DNA from: Flaccisagitta enflata
Lineage: Eukaryota
DNA length: 64,000 bases
Reading direction: 5' to 3'
Assembly: GCA_965153355.1 (NCBI GenBank)
Contig: OZ231126.1
Span: 45,446,001-45,510,000, forward strand
Made by a program: the position numbers and the translations under genes. The notes beneath the pieces are model-generated. The model had not been told where the DNA came from. It was given only the letters and a program-made list of their open reading frames with translations, and did no database searches. Positions 1-20,547 of the stretch are shown here, piece by piece. Within the stretch, counting starts at the first letter, position 1. Each line of letters opens with the position of its first letter.

Positions 1-200
1 TAATTCCCAGCCTCAAGGAGGAGGAGGAGGAGGAGGAGGAGGAGAATTCCCCATATGTGTGAAAGCACAGGTCATCAACCCCTTCAGGGTCGCTTCCTTG
101 CTCCCCCCTCAACTTCAAGCACAACTTACTTAGGCAGGGCACGGATACCACTGACCATCTAACGCTTTTGCGACTATTACTTTTTTTGGCGTTATTCAGC

Positions 201-829
201 TTTTGGGCATCGGCCCCGAAGGGCACAAAGTCCTGTAGAACACAGGGGGAATCTCTCCGTCCATCCGTCCCCCCCACCCCATCAGGGGGAATCTCTCCGT
301 CCATCTGTCCCCCCCCCTCAGGGCTTCGTCTCCTTTGGGGCCTATTTGGACCCAAATTCTACCAAATAGCCCAAATCCAAGCAATATGGCCCAAAACCTT
401 AGCAAAATGGCCCAAATTCAAGCATGATGGCCCAAATCCAAGCAAAGTGGCCCAAATCTAGCCTAAATCTGGCTGGAGAACCCCAATCCTGGCCTGAGAT
501 CCACCATTTTGACCCCTTATTTGACCTTTATTATGGGCTCTGATACTTAATTTCTGACCAGATTTGGGCCATTTTGCTTGGATTTGGGCCATAATGCTTG
601 GATTTGGGTTATTTGGCAGAATTTGGGTCCAAATAGGCCCCAAAGGAGACAAAGCCCTGAGGATGGGGCGGGGGGGACAAACGGACGGACGGATGGACTT
701 ATTCCCCCTGTAATCTACAGGACTTTGCCCCTTCGGGGCCGCTGGCCAACTCCCCCTCAACTTAAATCACACACTCCTCAAGCAGGGCACGGGTACTGCT
801 GACCACTTACTGCCTTCAGGCTGCTATTT
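201..829 (+). mobile_element. Family A element with fold-back core (a partial copy also lies at 1-178)
   Basis: Same GGGCA.CGGCCCCGAAGGG subterminal repeats and CAGGGCACGGGTAC.GCTGACCA tail. Confidence 0.7.
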
Positions 830-3113
830 GAGCATAATCTTCCTACCAAGATGCCCTAGTGACCTTCTCCAGCACTGCTCCTGCCCACCAGCTTGCAACT
901 AGGGTAGCCATGTATCCAGCCTTGGTTTGCAATGTTTCACAATCTCCCTTACAGATGAATCGACAGTTGGACAGATTAATCATCTGAAAAATCAACAGAC
1001 TAGCAAAGAGATAAAACCCCTCACAGATAAACAAGAATGCATATAAAAACAGAATGAGACCATGAAAAAAGTGATGGTGGAAAAATCCTCCGAAATTCCC
1101 ATGACAATGCTTATGTTTGACAGCTTATAAAAAGATGGTTTTTCAAGGGATTGACATAAAATTGGTGACGGTTTGAAAGATCTTGAAAAGATCTTTCAAA
1201 TAGGACCAATCTGGCATTTCTAGCTTGATTCGTTCAAAAGTTATGAGCAAAACAAGTGAAATCAAGAGAAAAGAAGAAAAATTCAATGATCTGGAAAACC
1301 GTCCAAAATCTCCATAACACTGCTCATGTTTGAACGCTTATAACTTGGTTGTTTTTCAATGGATTTCAAAAAAATTGGTGACAGTTGGAAAGATCTTGAA
1401 AAGATCTTTCAAATGGGACCAATCTGGCATTTCTAACTTAAAGCGTTTAAAAGTTATAAGCAAAACAAGGGACACTGTCCAAAAGAGAGAAAGTTTTATG
1501 GCCTGTACCAACCACCCAGAAAAAAATGGGGAATTGAAAAAAAGGCGCTCCTGGGATTATTTTGAAACCTTTTGACATTGATTATGCATGGGCTGGACCA
1601 CCAGAAACAATGAAAAAAGTGGCAGTTATCCTAGTTTAAAGTTAGCGGTGGAGATCCAGAGCAGTGTCAGAGGAGCCGCTTTACGAACGAAATTAATTGG
1701 GTACCATATTTAGGGTCTAATTAACGCTACAAAGAAAATAAAACGATCTTCCTAAGTGGATGGTTAAGGGTTTCCCTCACTTTCATTTCTTACTGACGCT
1801 AAATATGCTTTCCAACAAATTACAAAGTCGTGCAGCGGCTCATGATCATTTAAGAGATATTCTATAACTAGGGTGCATTGGGTCATATTCACAATTCTTA
1901 GCCAACAGGCATACTACGCAAAAAGGATGATGTCACACTTGTCCAAATTCAGAGGACAGCATTTTTGATTTCCCGATATATAGTAGGATAACGTTATTCG
2001 TTCTTCCACTTAGCTTCAGTCAGTGTTTGATCAATAAGTAGGGGCCTTGATTCAGTTTACAATAGTATTGTTGAACATCATGAAAATTCAAAAGGCGAAT
2101 TCTTCTTTCCCAACAGACCAATCAAATTATGAAATTGACAAAAGGGTTGCGAATGCCATGCTTCAACTATGGCGAAAATGTCGTTTTGTGCAGAGCTTTG
2201 ACCTCCTCCTCCTGCTCCTCCTCCTACACCTCACAAAAAAAGAGGAATCGAAAAGCCTCAACGCGTTTGCACAACCAAAAGAAGAAAAAAAAACCTCACA
2301 GGTCGAGTTTCGGTCGTCGAGAATAATTTCCCCCACGTAGTAGAAACTGTTTATGCAACATTTTCTTTGTGCTCTTCCGGTTTTCTGGGCACAAAAGCCG
2401 GAAACTGCGCCGCGCAAGTTTCGCCGCCACTTCCACCTCAGCCAAGACTACCACAACCACCTCGGCAGAGACTACCACCATTACTTCCACTAGCTTAAAT
2501 GATGCTGGCGCTACCACCAGTGCCACAAGCAGCATAGCCATCAATAAGATAAGTAGTCTGATGACGGGAATCCTGAGACGGGATGGCTGGTTGCGTGTAA
2601 TCCGCTGGGTGGTAATCATAATCCATTCCCGCCACTGGTGCCATCATTTCACCCACTACAACACTCGTCGAATTCAACCCCACAGGCTCCATCGCGACCG
2701 CTGCCGCGCCGAGCGGATAGAGTTGAGATAGGTATGAGAGTGTGATAGCTGGTGATTTTAGAGTAAATATCAGTTAATACTACATCATTTTAGCCACCAC
2801 CATCACTGCTGTACCACGTGCGCCGCCACCACCACCACTACCACCGCCACAACATTCTCCCCCTCGTAAACGTTATGAATTGCCTTTCCGAAGAAAACTC
2901 ATTCATTTTCTCTTTCACCTCGGCAAAAGCAACGGTGGCTGAGCTCCATGGTGCCATATATTCATATATACATATACATCTGCGGTGCCATTGTTGGAAT
3001 TGTTGGCTTGGCCAATCGCTCGCCGCCCCATCAACTCGAGCTTAGGGTAGGTAAATAGAATTGCCATTACGCCCGATGGCAGACCGTCTGACCGAGAAGA
3101 AAGAAAAGGGAAA

Positions 3114-3204
<91 letters not shown>

Positions 3205-3548
3205 CAGAGCTGAAAAGAATGAGCACACATTTGCAATTGTGCACTGATAACATTTTTGAACCCGAAACCTCCTGAACCTTAATTTTGAGTGTATCACGGC
3301 TATTTTTGTCCTTCGGTCAAGCCAGCCATTAGACGATTATGGTAGTTGATTTGGTTTACGAACTTTTGCTATTTCGGCGTCTTACGATTAAATGATGCAG
3401 CGTCTGCCGGATCGGCAATGTAATGTCTGCCGGGTTAGCAATGCAATGTCTGCTGGATCGGCAAAGCCACATTTTCCGCGTCGGCGCGTAACTGTCTTAC
3501 TGTTTCTCTGGATTTTGCGCCCTTCCTCCTCTTTCTGTCAAAATCTGA

Positions 3549-3606
<58 letters not shown>

Positions 3607-3929
3607 CCGTCTGTCTGTACAACCCGATCCAGGGACGTACAGGCCTTGGATTCTTATGAATGGATATCTTTCTTTCCTGCCTACTTCAAGTTTTCGTTCC
3701 TCTTGACAATTACCAATAATGGACCACTGCCCTTGGTATTTACCTTAATTGCCTTTGTTCCGCATTTTAAGATGCTCCCTTCGTCACTGATCACCCCTGG
3801 TGAGGTCCATCCGTTGGTTCGTCCCTCCTTTTTGCTCAAGTTGATAATGGTCAAAAGGCAAAGTAACATAGAGCTCCGAGAAAACTAGTTACTTCTCCAT
3901 TTCATGTTATCTCCTCCCCCCTTTTAAAG

Positions 3930-4650
3930 CGGGCTTTGGGCTAGGCCATTGTCCAGTGGGCTTTGGGCTACCCTGTTTTCCAGCGGGCTTTGGGCTAGCC
4001 CTTTTTCTAGCAGGCTTTGGGTAGCGCGTTTTCCAGTGGGCTTCGAGCTAGCCTATTTTTCAGCAGGCTTTGGGCTAGCCCGTGAGCTAAAGCATTGAGT
4101 AGGCCGTGGGCCCGTAGGCTTAGGTTAGGCTTTCAGGTTAGGCCTTAAGGCCCCATTGGTCAACGGGGTAGCCAAAGCCCTATTGGCCAACGGGGTAGCC
4201 GAAACCCTATTGGCCAACGGGGTTGGGGCTGAGCCGTTGGCCAACCTGGTTTGGGCTACCTCATTGGCAAAAGTGGTTTGGCTACTCTGTTGGCCAACAG
4301 GGTTCAGGCTACACCATTGCCCAACAGAGTTCATACTTCCCCCTTAGCCAATTGGTTCAGGCTAACCCGTTGGCCAACTGGGTTCAAGCCACCCCATTCA
4401 GGATTTGGGGTTTGAGCTACCCCATTGGCCAACGAGGTTTGGTATGGGCTACCCCGTTGGCCAATGGGTTCAAGCTACCCCGTTGGCCAACGGGGTTCAG
4501 GCTACCCCGTTGGCCAACGGGGTTCAGGCTACCCCATTGGCCAAGGGGTTCATGCCGCCCCGTTGGCCAACGGGGTTTAGGCTACCCCATTGGCCTACGG
4601 GGCTCAGGCTACCCCATTGGCCAATGGGGTTCAGGCATTGCCCAACAGTT
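3930..4650. repeat. Degenerate ~27-29-bp minisatellite GGGGTTCAGGCTACCCCGTTGGCCAAC
   Basis: Recurrent TTGGCCAA palindrome; a few units are inverted near 4150-4220. Confidence 0.85.
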
Positions 4651-4720
4651 TTGGTCAATGTGTCCTAGCCCCCCTCGCACCCACAACCACATTTCTCAAA
4701 ATCTGTTGAACATTGGGAAA

Positions 4721-5332
4721 ACCAGTCGCCCAAGGGCAATATGTGGTCAGCGATACCCGTTGCCCTGCTTCATATGTTGGTGATTGAAGGTGATGGGTAG
4801 CAGGGCAGCGGCCCCGAAGGGGACGATGTCCTGTAGAACACAGAGGGACTTTTGTTCGTCCGTCCGTCCGTCTGTGTGGGCCTGGAAGCTGGGATTTGAG
4901 CCTGGAGGCTGGGATTTGAGCCTGGAAGCTGGGATTTGAGCCTGGAGGCTGGGATTTGAGCCTGGAGGCTGGGATTTGAGCCTGGAGGCTGGGATTTGAG
5001 CCTGGAGGCTGGGATTTGAGCCTGGAGGCTAGGATTTGAGCTTCGAGGCTTAGATTTGAGCCTTGAGGCTTAGATTTGAGCCTCGAGGCTGGGATTTGAG
5101 CCTCAAGGCTGGAATTTGAGCCTCAAGGCTGGGATTTGAGCCTTGAGGCTAGGATTTGAGCCTCGAGGCCAGGATTTGAGCCTCGAGGCCAGGATTTGAG
5201 CCTTGAGGCCAGGATTTGAGCCTCGTGGCGAGGGGGGGACACACGCACAGACGGACGGACGGACGGACGAACGAACGAAAGTCCCCCTGTGTTCTACAGG
5301 ACATCGTCCCCTTTGGGGCCGCTGCCCAAAAA
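4721..5332 (-). mobile_element. Family A non-autonomous element (Helentron/HINE-like) with a 20-bp minisatellite core
   Basis: Long subterminal inverted repeats GGGCAGCGGCCCC(G/A)AAGGGGACGATGTCCTGTAGAACACAG (outer ends 4803 and 5327), GTCC microsatellite, about 17 copies of GGGATTTGAGCCTGGAGGCT, asymmetric tail shared with other copies. Confidence 0.75.
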
Positions 5333-5369
5333 GTGCCCCCTGTTGTACTACAAATCTATAACTGTGATA

Positions 5370-6116
5370 CCCTGTCTTCAAAAGCAACTGTAACCAGCAA
5401 AAGATGTATTATGCCATAACTATTCCCATCATAAAATTCGGATTTTTTCTGTCTTAAAGCATATCAACTGCCATTTCTTCATGCAAAATTTCAGCACTTT
5501 TTGTCAAGTGGTTTAGCTTCTACAGAATTTTGAAAAGTACACAAATTTACTCAAAATATTGCAATTTTTATATAGAATAAAAAGAGTTAATTTGTTCAAC
5601 CTGGTGCAAAAAACCAAAAAATTGATTTTGAGTATCTGTATTGATCCCATACTAAATTATCTTTATTACCAATATGACTTTCTTTCATATCATGCATAAT
5701 CATAGGATATTCCAATCAAAAAAAAAATTTTCTATTATGAAATGTTGTTAAAATATGAAAAATCAGGGAAAAACTTACTAAAAACATAACAAATACATCA
5801 AAATGTGGGTTTTTTTGAAACATGATATTGTCTCCTTCAAAAAATCTTCAATATGAGACCAATCCCAGAGTTTTAGCTCAAAGCGTTTAAAAGTTACATG
5901 GGTTTGAAGTCAATGAAATGGAAAGCTGTATTGCCATGAGTGATGTTCTACTTTAAAATGGTGCAGAAGCTAAACCACTTGACAAAAAGTGCTGAAATTT
6001 TGCATGAAGAAATGGCAGTTGATATGCTTTAAGACAGAAAAAATCCAAATTTTGTGATGGGAATAGTTATAGCATAATACATCTTTTGCTGGTTACAGTT
6101 GCTTTTGAAGACAGGG
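5370..6116. mobile_element. MITE with ~152-bp terminal inverted repeats
   Basis: 5370-5521 is the near-perfect reverse complement of 5965-6116; flanked by TA on both sides; no ORF. Confidence 0.88.
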
Positions 6117-6973
6117 TAGTTGAGCAGTCTGAAATGCATTTATTAACTTCTTGAATAGCAGTTCTTGCATGCTTCTGATTTTTTTACAGGATTGCTTTAA
6201 AGTGTCACCATGAAGTGATCTTGTTTCTTAAATACAATATTGCCATATGCAAGTAGTTTCAAGCTAAAGATACCTGTCATTTAAATGTAGTTATGTCAAT
6301 AGAATAATCAGGCCTCTCTGGATTCATAGGTCATTGTCTATGACTCATTGGGCCCATCCATGGCCGCTGCCCTATTGACCTAGATAAGATAATCAAAAGA
6401 ATAGATGGGGCATCGGGAACCGCTGACCATATGACACTTGAGCGACCTGTTTAGTCTGAGATCGAGAGGGCTGATTTAACCCCTAAAAGACTTGATTTGA
6501 AGCCTGAGAGGCCTGATTTGAAGCTTGAGAGGACGGGGTGGGGAACAGAGAAAGGAAAGAAGGAATGGACTAATAAAAGTCCCCCTGGACTAATAAAAGT
6601 CCCCCTGGACTAATAAAAGTCCCCCTGGACTTTGTACAGGACTTTGTACAGGACTTTGTACAGGACTTTGTACCCTTAGGTCAGCTGCCCAAAAAGCAAT
6701 GCCAAGTATATTAGGTCAATAGGTGCACTGTGTGGATCGTCAAACTTTCGCGTGTCCGACCAACAAACCAACCCGCCTGTCAACCAATGCACGGATGAAC
6801 GTGACCGGTTATTGAGGTGCATTGGCGCACCTTGAAAGAAAGAGGGAAAAAGGAAATTGATATAATAGAAAGAGGACGTATAAAACGAGGCAGAATCATG
6901 AAGCGAACGTAATCAAGTTAGCGAAGACAGGGACGGAAAGGAGAAAAGAGGTGGAAAAGACAAACGTAAACCA

Positions 6974-7145
<172 letters not shown>

Positions 7146-8232
7146 CTAGACTGAGAGGCATAAACAGATACAGAGAATATGATAGTGAGAGACAGACAGG
7201 CAGATGGACAGACAATCAGATAGAAAGCCAGATGAAGGTGAACAGAAAACCGCATTGCACCAAGAGAAACAAAAAGAAGAAAAAGAGAGAGAGAGAGAGA
7301 GAAAGAAGAAATAAAACAACGAGAAAGGGAAGAAGAAAGAGAAGAGTAAGAAAGAGAGACATAGACAAAGATGGAATGAGATGTAATAGAGGCATTTTGT
7401 GTGTGGAGCCTAAGAAAGAAATAGGGAGGGAATCCTTTGGGATTTATGGCTGGAATAAAAGCGGATTACCGCGTTGACCCGTTGTCAGCCCAAAACAAGT
7501 AGAATGCCCATCTCAACGACGCGCTCAAAGACACGAACGCCGACGTAAACGCCGACACGTATGCCGACATGGATGCCAACGCGTATGCCAACGCGCAACA
7601 TGACGACGTTCACGCCGACAAGTATGCCGATACGACGGAGAAGCGCGCGCCGTCAGGTTTGCCAACGCGTTTGTCGAAATGAATCCCGACACTATCAATT
7701 CAATAGGTACTAGTAATGTCTAGTTTGAAGTGTGCAACAAAAAGTAAAAATGCTTATCTGAAGAAAATTTTCTTATAGAAATAGTCTTTCAAAAATTGTT
7801 GAATTTTTTCTTAACTAGTAAAATGCAACAGACTGAATTCCTGTAAAGTATTTGCTTCCACTCATATACATACAAATCCAACTTAGTCTATGACCCCTAA
7901 CTTTGTGGTTAAAGAAGTGTGAGTACCTGCATATGCATATCAAATGAAATTCAAGATTAGGGAAAAAATTTTTTTTGAATAGATGCATGAAATTAAGGGC
8001 AGTTGAGTCTTTACTTGGTCCCCATTCCATCATCCCTGCGCGACGTCTTACAAGTCCAATTTCAAAACTAATGCTTCTTCCCCGCTCTCTTTCTAATCTG
8101 TTCATCATTGGTTATTTAGACGTTTCCATCATTGAAGCTTGGAATACATTCCATGGTATGGAGAGTAAACGCAATGTCAACTGAATCCAGCGATGTAACT
8201 GACTCATTGGCTGGTCTGTGTACCAATCTCTC

Positions 8233-13215
<4,983 letters not shown>

Positions 13216-14426
13216 GAAGTTTTTGAAACAAACAAAACAAAACATACGATGATAAAGAATTGAGAATGAAAACGAAATGATAATGGGCAATGGTAGAAAT
13301 GCAGAGGATAACTACAACATGCGCCGAATGTTCACCAGATGCTTTGCTTGCTGACAAAGGAAGCGGCTTCGCTCATTTAAAGGCAGTCTGCTGCAGATTA
13401 ATACCCAAAGAAAGGCAGCAAATGTAGCGAGCACCGGCTGCTCGCGCATCACTGATTTTCTCTATCTCTCTCTCTTTCTCTCCTCACGTAAAATCAACAA
13501 CTTTCCTTCCCGCTGCCCATTTGTCAGGGATTTTCATTTGTTAGGGTGATATAAAGTAACACTTCTGTTAATAAATGTCTGTTACAAATACTCAGAATCT
13601 CTCGTCTTAATTCGGCAACCAGAAGTCCATCTTTTGGACTCGACTTCATCTTCCTTTGTCTTGAAAAGTGAAGATGGCATCGAGGTCCCTTGACGACGCC
13701 CTTAGTTACCACTTTGCCGACCTTAGAAACGACGCTTACGACCTTAGCAACGTCGTTGAAGACCTGACGACCGCGGAAAAATGACCTTAATGACACCTTT
13801 TAGGGTGACCATTGGGAAAAGTGATTTCTCCCCATGTCTTATGGCGGGAAAGGAAAGATGAGGAGAGTGGTTGGTGGCTGCGGTGTAACCGATACCTTTT
13901 TCTTGTCAAAGGTGCTAATTACGTTTGTTACGTTCGTAATTGAGTTGCATCTTTAGTAACCTGATTTCTGCTACTACCTTAAGATACCAAATTTGACAGA
14001 TACTAACAGGAACTAGTAGAAGCCAAATATGACACCTCCTAATATTTAGTGGAAATGTAGAAATATACTGCGCCTAACTGAGCTTTTATTGATTTCTTTT
14101 ACAAAATAGATTCAAAACAAAAGCCGGCAAACCCTTCCGAGCTAACAGGTTCTTTTAACTTGCATACCCATGATTCAGGTTTATAGGAGAAAGCACGGAA
14201 GCCGATGTGAAAAGAGAGGAACAAAAAAGCTGACAAAAAAAAGAGTGAGAAAAAATAACAAGAAAAAAGACCAGAAGAAGCAATTTTATGTAAAAGGTTC
14301 AGCAGGCGGAAGGAAAGGTCAAAATTGGTTTCATTACTCTGCCGAGGCAAAGAGGAAAGAAATTGGAGAGAAATCACCTGTTTATGGGGCCAGACTGAGG
14401 AAGAAGCAAGGCAAGAGGATTGTTAG

Positions 14427-14458
<32 letters not shown>

Positions 14459-14820
14459 AAAAGAGACACAGAGGGAAACAGCCGGACAGCCTGTAAGACA
14501 GAAAGACAGACAAGCAGACAAACGGACAGACAGGAAAATGGACTTACAAAGAGGCAGACAAGTGGGGAGCAAATAATGTCAGTCGTCTGAGAGAGACAGA
14601 CCGAAATACACAGAAATACAGACAGACAGTTAGCTATAATGACAGAATAATAGAATGACAGTCATGTAGACAGAAGTAGAGTAAGACGAAGTCTCCGACC
14701 TTTCAGGAAGAGAAAAGAGAGAAGAAAGAGATGAACGGGTGAGCAGAGAGAAAATCACCTGTTTATGGAGTCCAAAGACTTTTATGGCCCCTTGCGGCGA
14801 AAAAAAGGGCCACAAGAGAG

Positions 14821-14869
<49 letters not shown>

Positions 14870-15885
14870 ACTTATCTGCTAATATGGTCATAAACATATC
14901 TGCAAGGTTGAGGTGAAACATGTATGAGTGGGCAAAAAAATGCGAAAATGGGATTTGCAGAAAAAAGCGAAATATGAATCGACCTTTTGAACTTACTTCA
15001 TGTCTGGTCGGTCGTTAGCTCGCGCTCAAGTTAGCTCATGCTTGACTTTCTTCGATGAGAGTTGATCGAAAATGAAAACACTCATGAAGAAGAAAAAAAG
15101 AAAACAAACATCTGAGTGAAATGCTTGCTATTCCATTTGCATTGGCAACCTTGCTGCTGTTTTATCATCAGAAAACGAAGCCACTATATGGCTTCTAATG
15201 ATTTAATGAGTATAAACAGCCATCTGCAAATATTATAAAAATCACCAGGCTGATTTTAGTTTGTTTTGTTTTTCTTCTCCTTTTGTATTGCGGCGTACCA
15301 ACTGTACTTGTGCCATGCATGTTGTATGCTCGACGAAATTTCATGTGATGTGAATAAAAGATAATCGTAAATAAAAGATAACCATTTCATTCCAATTCTA
15401 CTCATGTACATTTTTTTAAGCCAAAAATGACCAATATTGAATGCAGGAGAGGACAGATTTAACGACGACCGCAGTTCATAATAGTTGAGAGCCCCTTGAG
15501 GAGCCAAGAGCGAGATTGAGAAAGATATCACGACAAGTGCATTTGATATTGGTGCAGAGAGACTTTAACCGCGGCCCCGCAAATGTGGTTCAGGTGGATT
15601 TGATGATAACCTGGGCCGGACGAATCCACCTTGAATCCGAAAAGCGCCAACCGAGATGAAATTGGTCGGAAATGGCCTAAAAAGGACGGCGCACGTGGTC
15701 GATACGAATGAATGGCCGGTGAGTCAGGAAATGGCCGGTGAAACGGGGAAATGGCCGGTAGCCAGGAATGGCCGGAGGTAAATGGCCGGTGTGACAATCT
15801 TGGCCGGCGCACGACAACCGTTAGACCGAGACTTCTTCTTTTTCCTCCGTTTTTTTCTTCCTTATTCTTTTTTCTTCTTTTTTTT

Positions 15886-15997
<112 letters not shown>

Positions 15998-16176
15998 TGT
16001 TTCTTCTTGCTTTCTATCTTTCTTTCTTTCTTTTTTCTTTTTTTTTCTTCTTTTGGCTTTCTTATTAATTTGTATTTCTCTTTGTCGGTGTTTTTTCTCT
16101 TTTCTTGTGCTCATCAACTAGCAGTTCCTCTCAGTTTTTACTTACCTTCCTTCTTCCTTCCTTCCTTCCTTCATTC

Positions 16177-16230
<54 letters not shown>

Positions 16231-16241
16231 CTCTTTCTTTT

Positions 16242-16272
<31 letters not shown>

Positions 16273-16406
16273 ATCATTTTTTTCTTTTTAGTCTTTCTTT
16301 TAGCATCAGTGTATCTACTTCCTGTTCCGTTTTATCTCAGGTGATTTCCGGTTTGCCTAACCTAGAGCCGAAATTAGCCCCCAAGGCCTATCTCTCAACC
16401 GGCTGA

Positions 16407-16505
<99 letters not shown>

Positions 16506-17028
16506 GGTAATATAACCTTTAACCTGGGGCACGGGTATCTTCCCTCCGCGGTTCACCTTCCACTCCTTCTTTTGCGCCTTCCGGAAATTCTCCATAATTC
16601 GACATTTCCGCATCACGGCTACACCATTGCTTTGTCTTTTTCTTCTTCTTTCTTTGACTTCCATTTTCTTTTTCGTTCTTCCTTTTTTTGGCATAAACAT
16701 TTGCATTAGCCTGCATGCTTCCTTTGATTGTGCATCCATCCTTAATTCTGTTTTGTTCATTCAGTGTGACATTTTCAATGCCGAATCACAACAACATTTC
16801 TTTCTATCAGTTAGAGTAAGATAACGTCTCTTTAATACGTTTGAGCCATGTGAGTCACGTTGTTTAAATTAGTTCAGTCTGCGCGAGTAGTCAAAGAAGT
16901 AAGGTTAGCACATATTTAGTTTTAGTTGGGTTAAATCTTGATTCTACGCAATCGCACATGGGATATAACCAGCATGCATTATTCTCATGAGGCGCACCTC
17001 CGTCTTGATCTTTATTTCTCAATAGGGA

Positions 17029-17152
<124 letters not shown>

Positions 17153-17293
17153 CTGTAATTTTCAGTCTTAATCTCTCCAAGGGGCAACATGTGAACCTGG
17201 TGATCCGCCCCTGGCGCCAAACCCGTTCCGACCTCGAGCATGGAGAATGCCACAACTCGCACCCAGATACGATGCTGCGATGTTCCCTGGCCG

Positions 17294-17335
<42 letters not shown>

Positions 17336-17765
17336 TCTTGACCACAGATTCATATCAGAATCACTGTAATGCTACTTTCTCTACTTTTATAGTCAAAGGA
17401 TCCCAAGTGCCAGTTTTTAGGCGGCCTGAAAACAGCGTCATTCTGTAATTTGCATTTATTGTTACTTGTAAGAGCGATTTTAATGGTTCTTCCATATCCT
17501 GAAGTTCTGTTGCTGTTAGAGCAACGACTTATGATGCCAACACAGATATTATCTCATCGCAATTGCAAGGTACTCTCTTCCCCTCTCACCCTCGCTTAAA
17601 ACATCTAAATAACACTAACGGTAACAAGCGACGCGGGGTCACAATTTCAATGCGGACGGGTCTCCATTGACCAATGGACGGACGGACCGACGCGACGGGC
17701 AGACAAAGCCTCTTATAGAGTTGCGTGTCCGCAACTAAAAATGACTCTCTGTTCACCAGGTGATT

Positions 17766-17865
<100 letters not shown>

Positions 17866-18026
17866 GCTCTGACTTTTTCACCGGCGTCGATATCCATTGG
17901 CACTCCGTTCACCTGATGGACTGAAGTGGGTGTAATGGAGCGAAACGACCCATCAATCCGACATTTTTATCGTCTTTGTTGTTCTAAGGTGAATCACTTT
18001 GAGCTTCTCTCTCTCTTTTTCTTTCT

Positions 18027-18079
<53 letters not shown>

Positions 18080-18083
<4 letters not shown>

Positions 18084-18911
18084 CTTCAACTCAATGCGCC
18101 TGCACCGGCCGACAATTCAGTCTTCGGCGCTGACGATAAAGCCGTTGAGAGACCATTTCTCTTTGTTTTGTGTCAATTCAAGTTTAGTTTAACCTGTCGA
18201 AAATCTTCGGCTATACATTTTCTGCTTCAAGGACGAGTGAGGCGTTTCTGACCAAATCTCCGTCGATGCGTCAGTCGGTCGATCTGCTCACCAAAATACG
18301 CTTAAATACCTGTTCGGACGCTATTGCTAGTTAGTCGTTTGTACGCGATTCTATGTCTGTGATCTATGTGATCTCTGTGATCTATGTGATCTATGTGATG
18401 TGATCTATGTGATCTATGTGATCTCTGTGATCTATGTCTGTGATCTATGTCTGTCGGTCAGTCATTCGATCAGTTAATCTATCGGTAACACAATATCTCT
18501 TCTGGCTTTTCGGGTCTTCCTCAGCGTTTTTTTTAATCACTAATCCTGCCAAATGACCACAATAGGCTTTGGCATCAAAGCCCCTCTGCCTACCAACGCG
18601 CGATTATGGACCTTGACTAAATGATTTTTTTTTCCTTGCCCGTTCGCAGGTGCAGATGACACAGCATTTGTAAGATAGACAACAGAAATTCTTGAAATTG
18701 TGTGAAAAAAATTTTATATATCCCCCTTCCCTCTTCTAATTTTTCAGGCAGTTTTGCATTGCCCAGCCCCCAACCGTCCAGAACTGTCTTGCCGTGTATC
18801 GGGCCTTGTTTTTTCCTCACCCAGCCCTCACCTTCATTCATCCCCGAGCTCACGTGGACTCACCTTGATGAATATTGCCTTTTGAGGTCAATGACCTTTG
18901 GCTTTTTACCT

Positions 18912-18969
<58 letters not shown>

Positions 18970-19825
18970 CTTCAACTCAATGCGCCTGCACCGGCCGACA
19001 ATTCAGTCTTCGGCGCTGACGATAAAGCCGTTGAGAGACCATTTCTCTTTGTTTTGTGTCAATTCAAGTTTAGTTTAACCTGTCGAAAATCTTCGGCTAT
19101 ACATTTTCTGCTTCAAGGACGAGTGAGGCGTTTCTGACCAAATCTCCGTCGATGCGTCAGTCGGTCGATCTGCTCACCAAAATACGCTTAAATACCTGTT
19201 CGGACGCTATTGCTAGTTAGTCGTTTGTACGCGATTCTATGTCTGTGATCTATGTGATCTCTGTGATCTATGTGATCTATGTGATGTGATCTATGTGATC
19301 TATGTGATCTCTGTGATCTATGTCTGTGATCTATGTCTGTCGGTCAGTCATTCGATCAGTTAATCTATCGGTAACACAATATCTCTTCTGGCTTTTCGGG
19401 TCTTCCTCAGCGTTTTTTTTAATCACTAATCCTGCCAAATGACCACAATAGGCTTTGGCATCAAAGCCCCTCTGCCTACCAACGCGCGATTATGGACCTT
19501 GACTAAATGATTTTTTTTTCCTTGCCCGTTCGCAGGTGCAGATGACACAGCATTTATGAATGAACCAGCTTAAGAGAAGAATTCTTAAAATTGCTTGTAA
19601 GAAAAAAATTTTTTGCTCTACTTCATCCCCCTTCCCTCTTCTAATTTTCGAGCAGTTTTTGCATTACAGCCCCCCCCCCAACCGTCCAGAACTGTCTTGC
19701 CGTGTATCGGGCCTTGTTTTTTCCTCACCCAGCCCTCACCTTCATTCATCCCCGAGCTCACGTGGACTCACCTTGATGAATATTGCCTTTTGAGGTCAAT
19801 GACCTTTGGCTTTTTACCTTACCTC
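18080..19825. repeat. Tandem duplication (18080-18917 and 18966-19825, offset 886 bp) joined by (CT)n
   Basis: Copies are near-identical except a diverged patch at ~18670-18770 versus ~19556-19680. Confidence 0.92.
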
Positions 19826-20019
19826 ACGAATTTCGCCACCTTTGTGTCGACTTCAAGGAGAGGTCATAAGGGGCAAACAAACTTAAACTCACCTTCCTTC
19901 GTTCTTATTCCATTTGACCTGCCAAAATACTCTCTTTTTATTGCGACCGCTTTCTTTTTTTTCCTTTTATTTTCTTGTTTTCTTTCGTTCCTCCTTTCTT
20001 TCTTTTTTCCCCTTTTTTC

Positions 20020-20547
<528 letters not shown>

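Noticed and set aside
2296-3090. GC-richer unique segment with several short ORFs on both strands
   Set aside because: No recognisable domain and no consistent frame or splice model; cannot be assigned as the cadherin tail.
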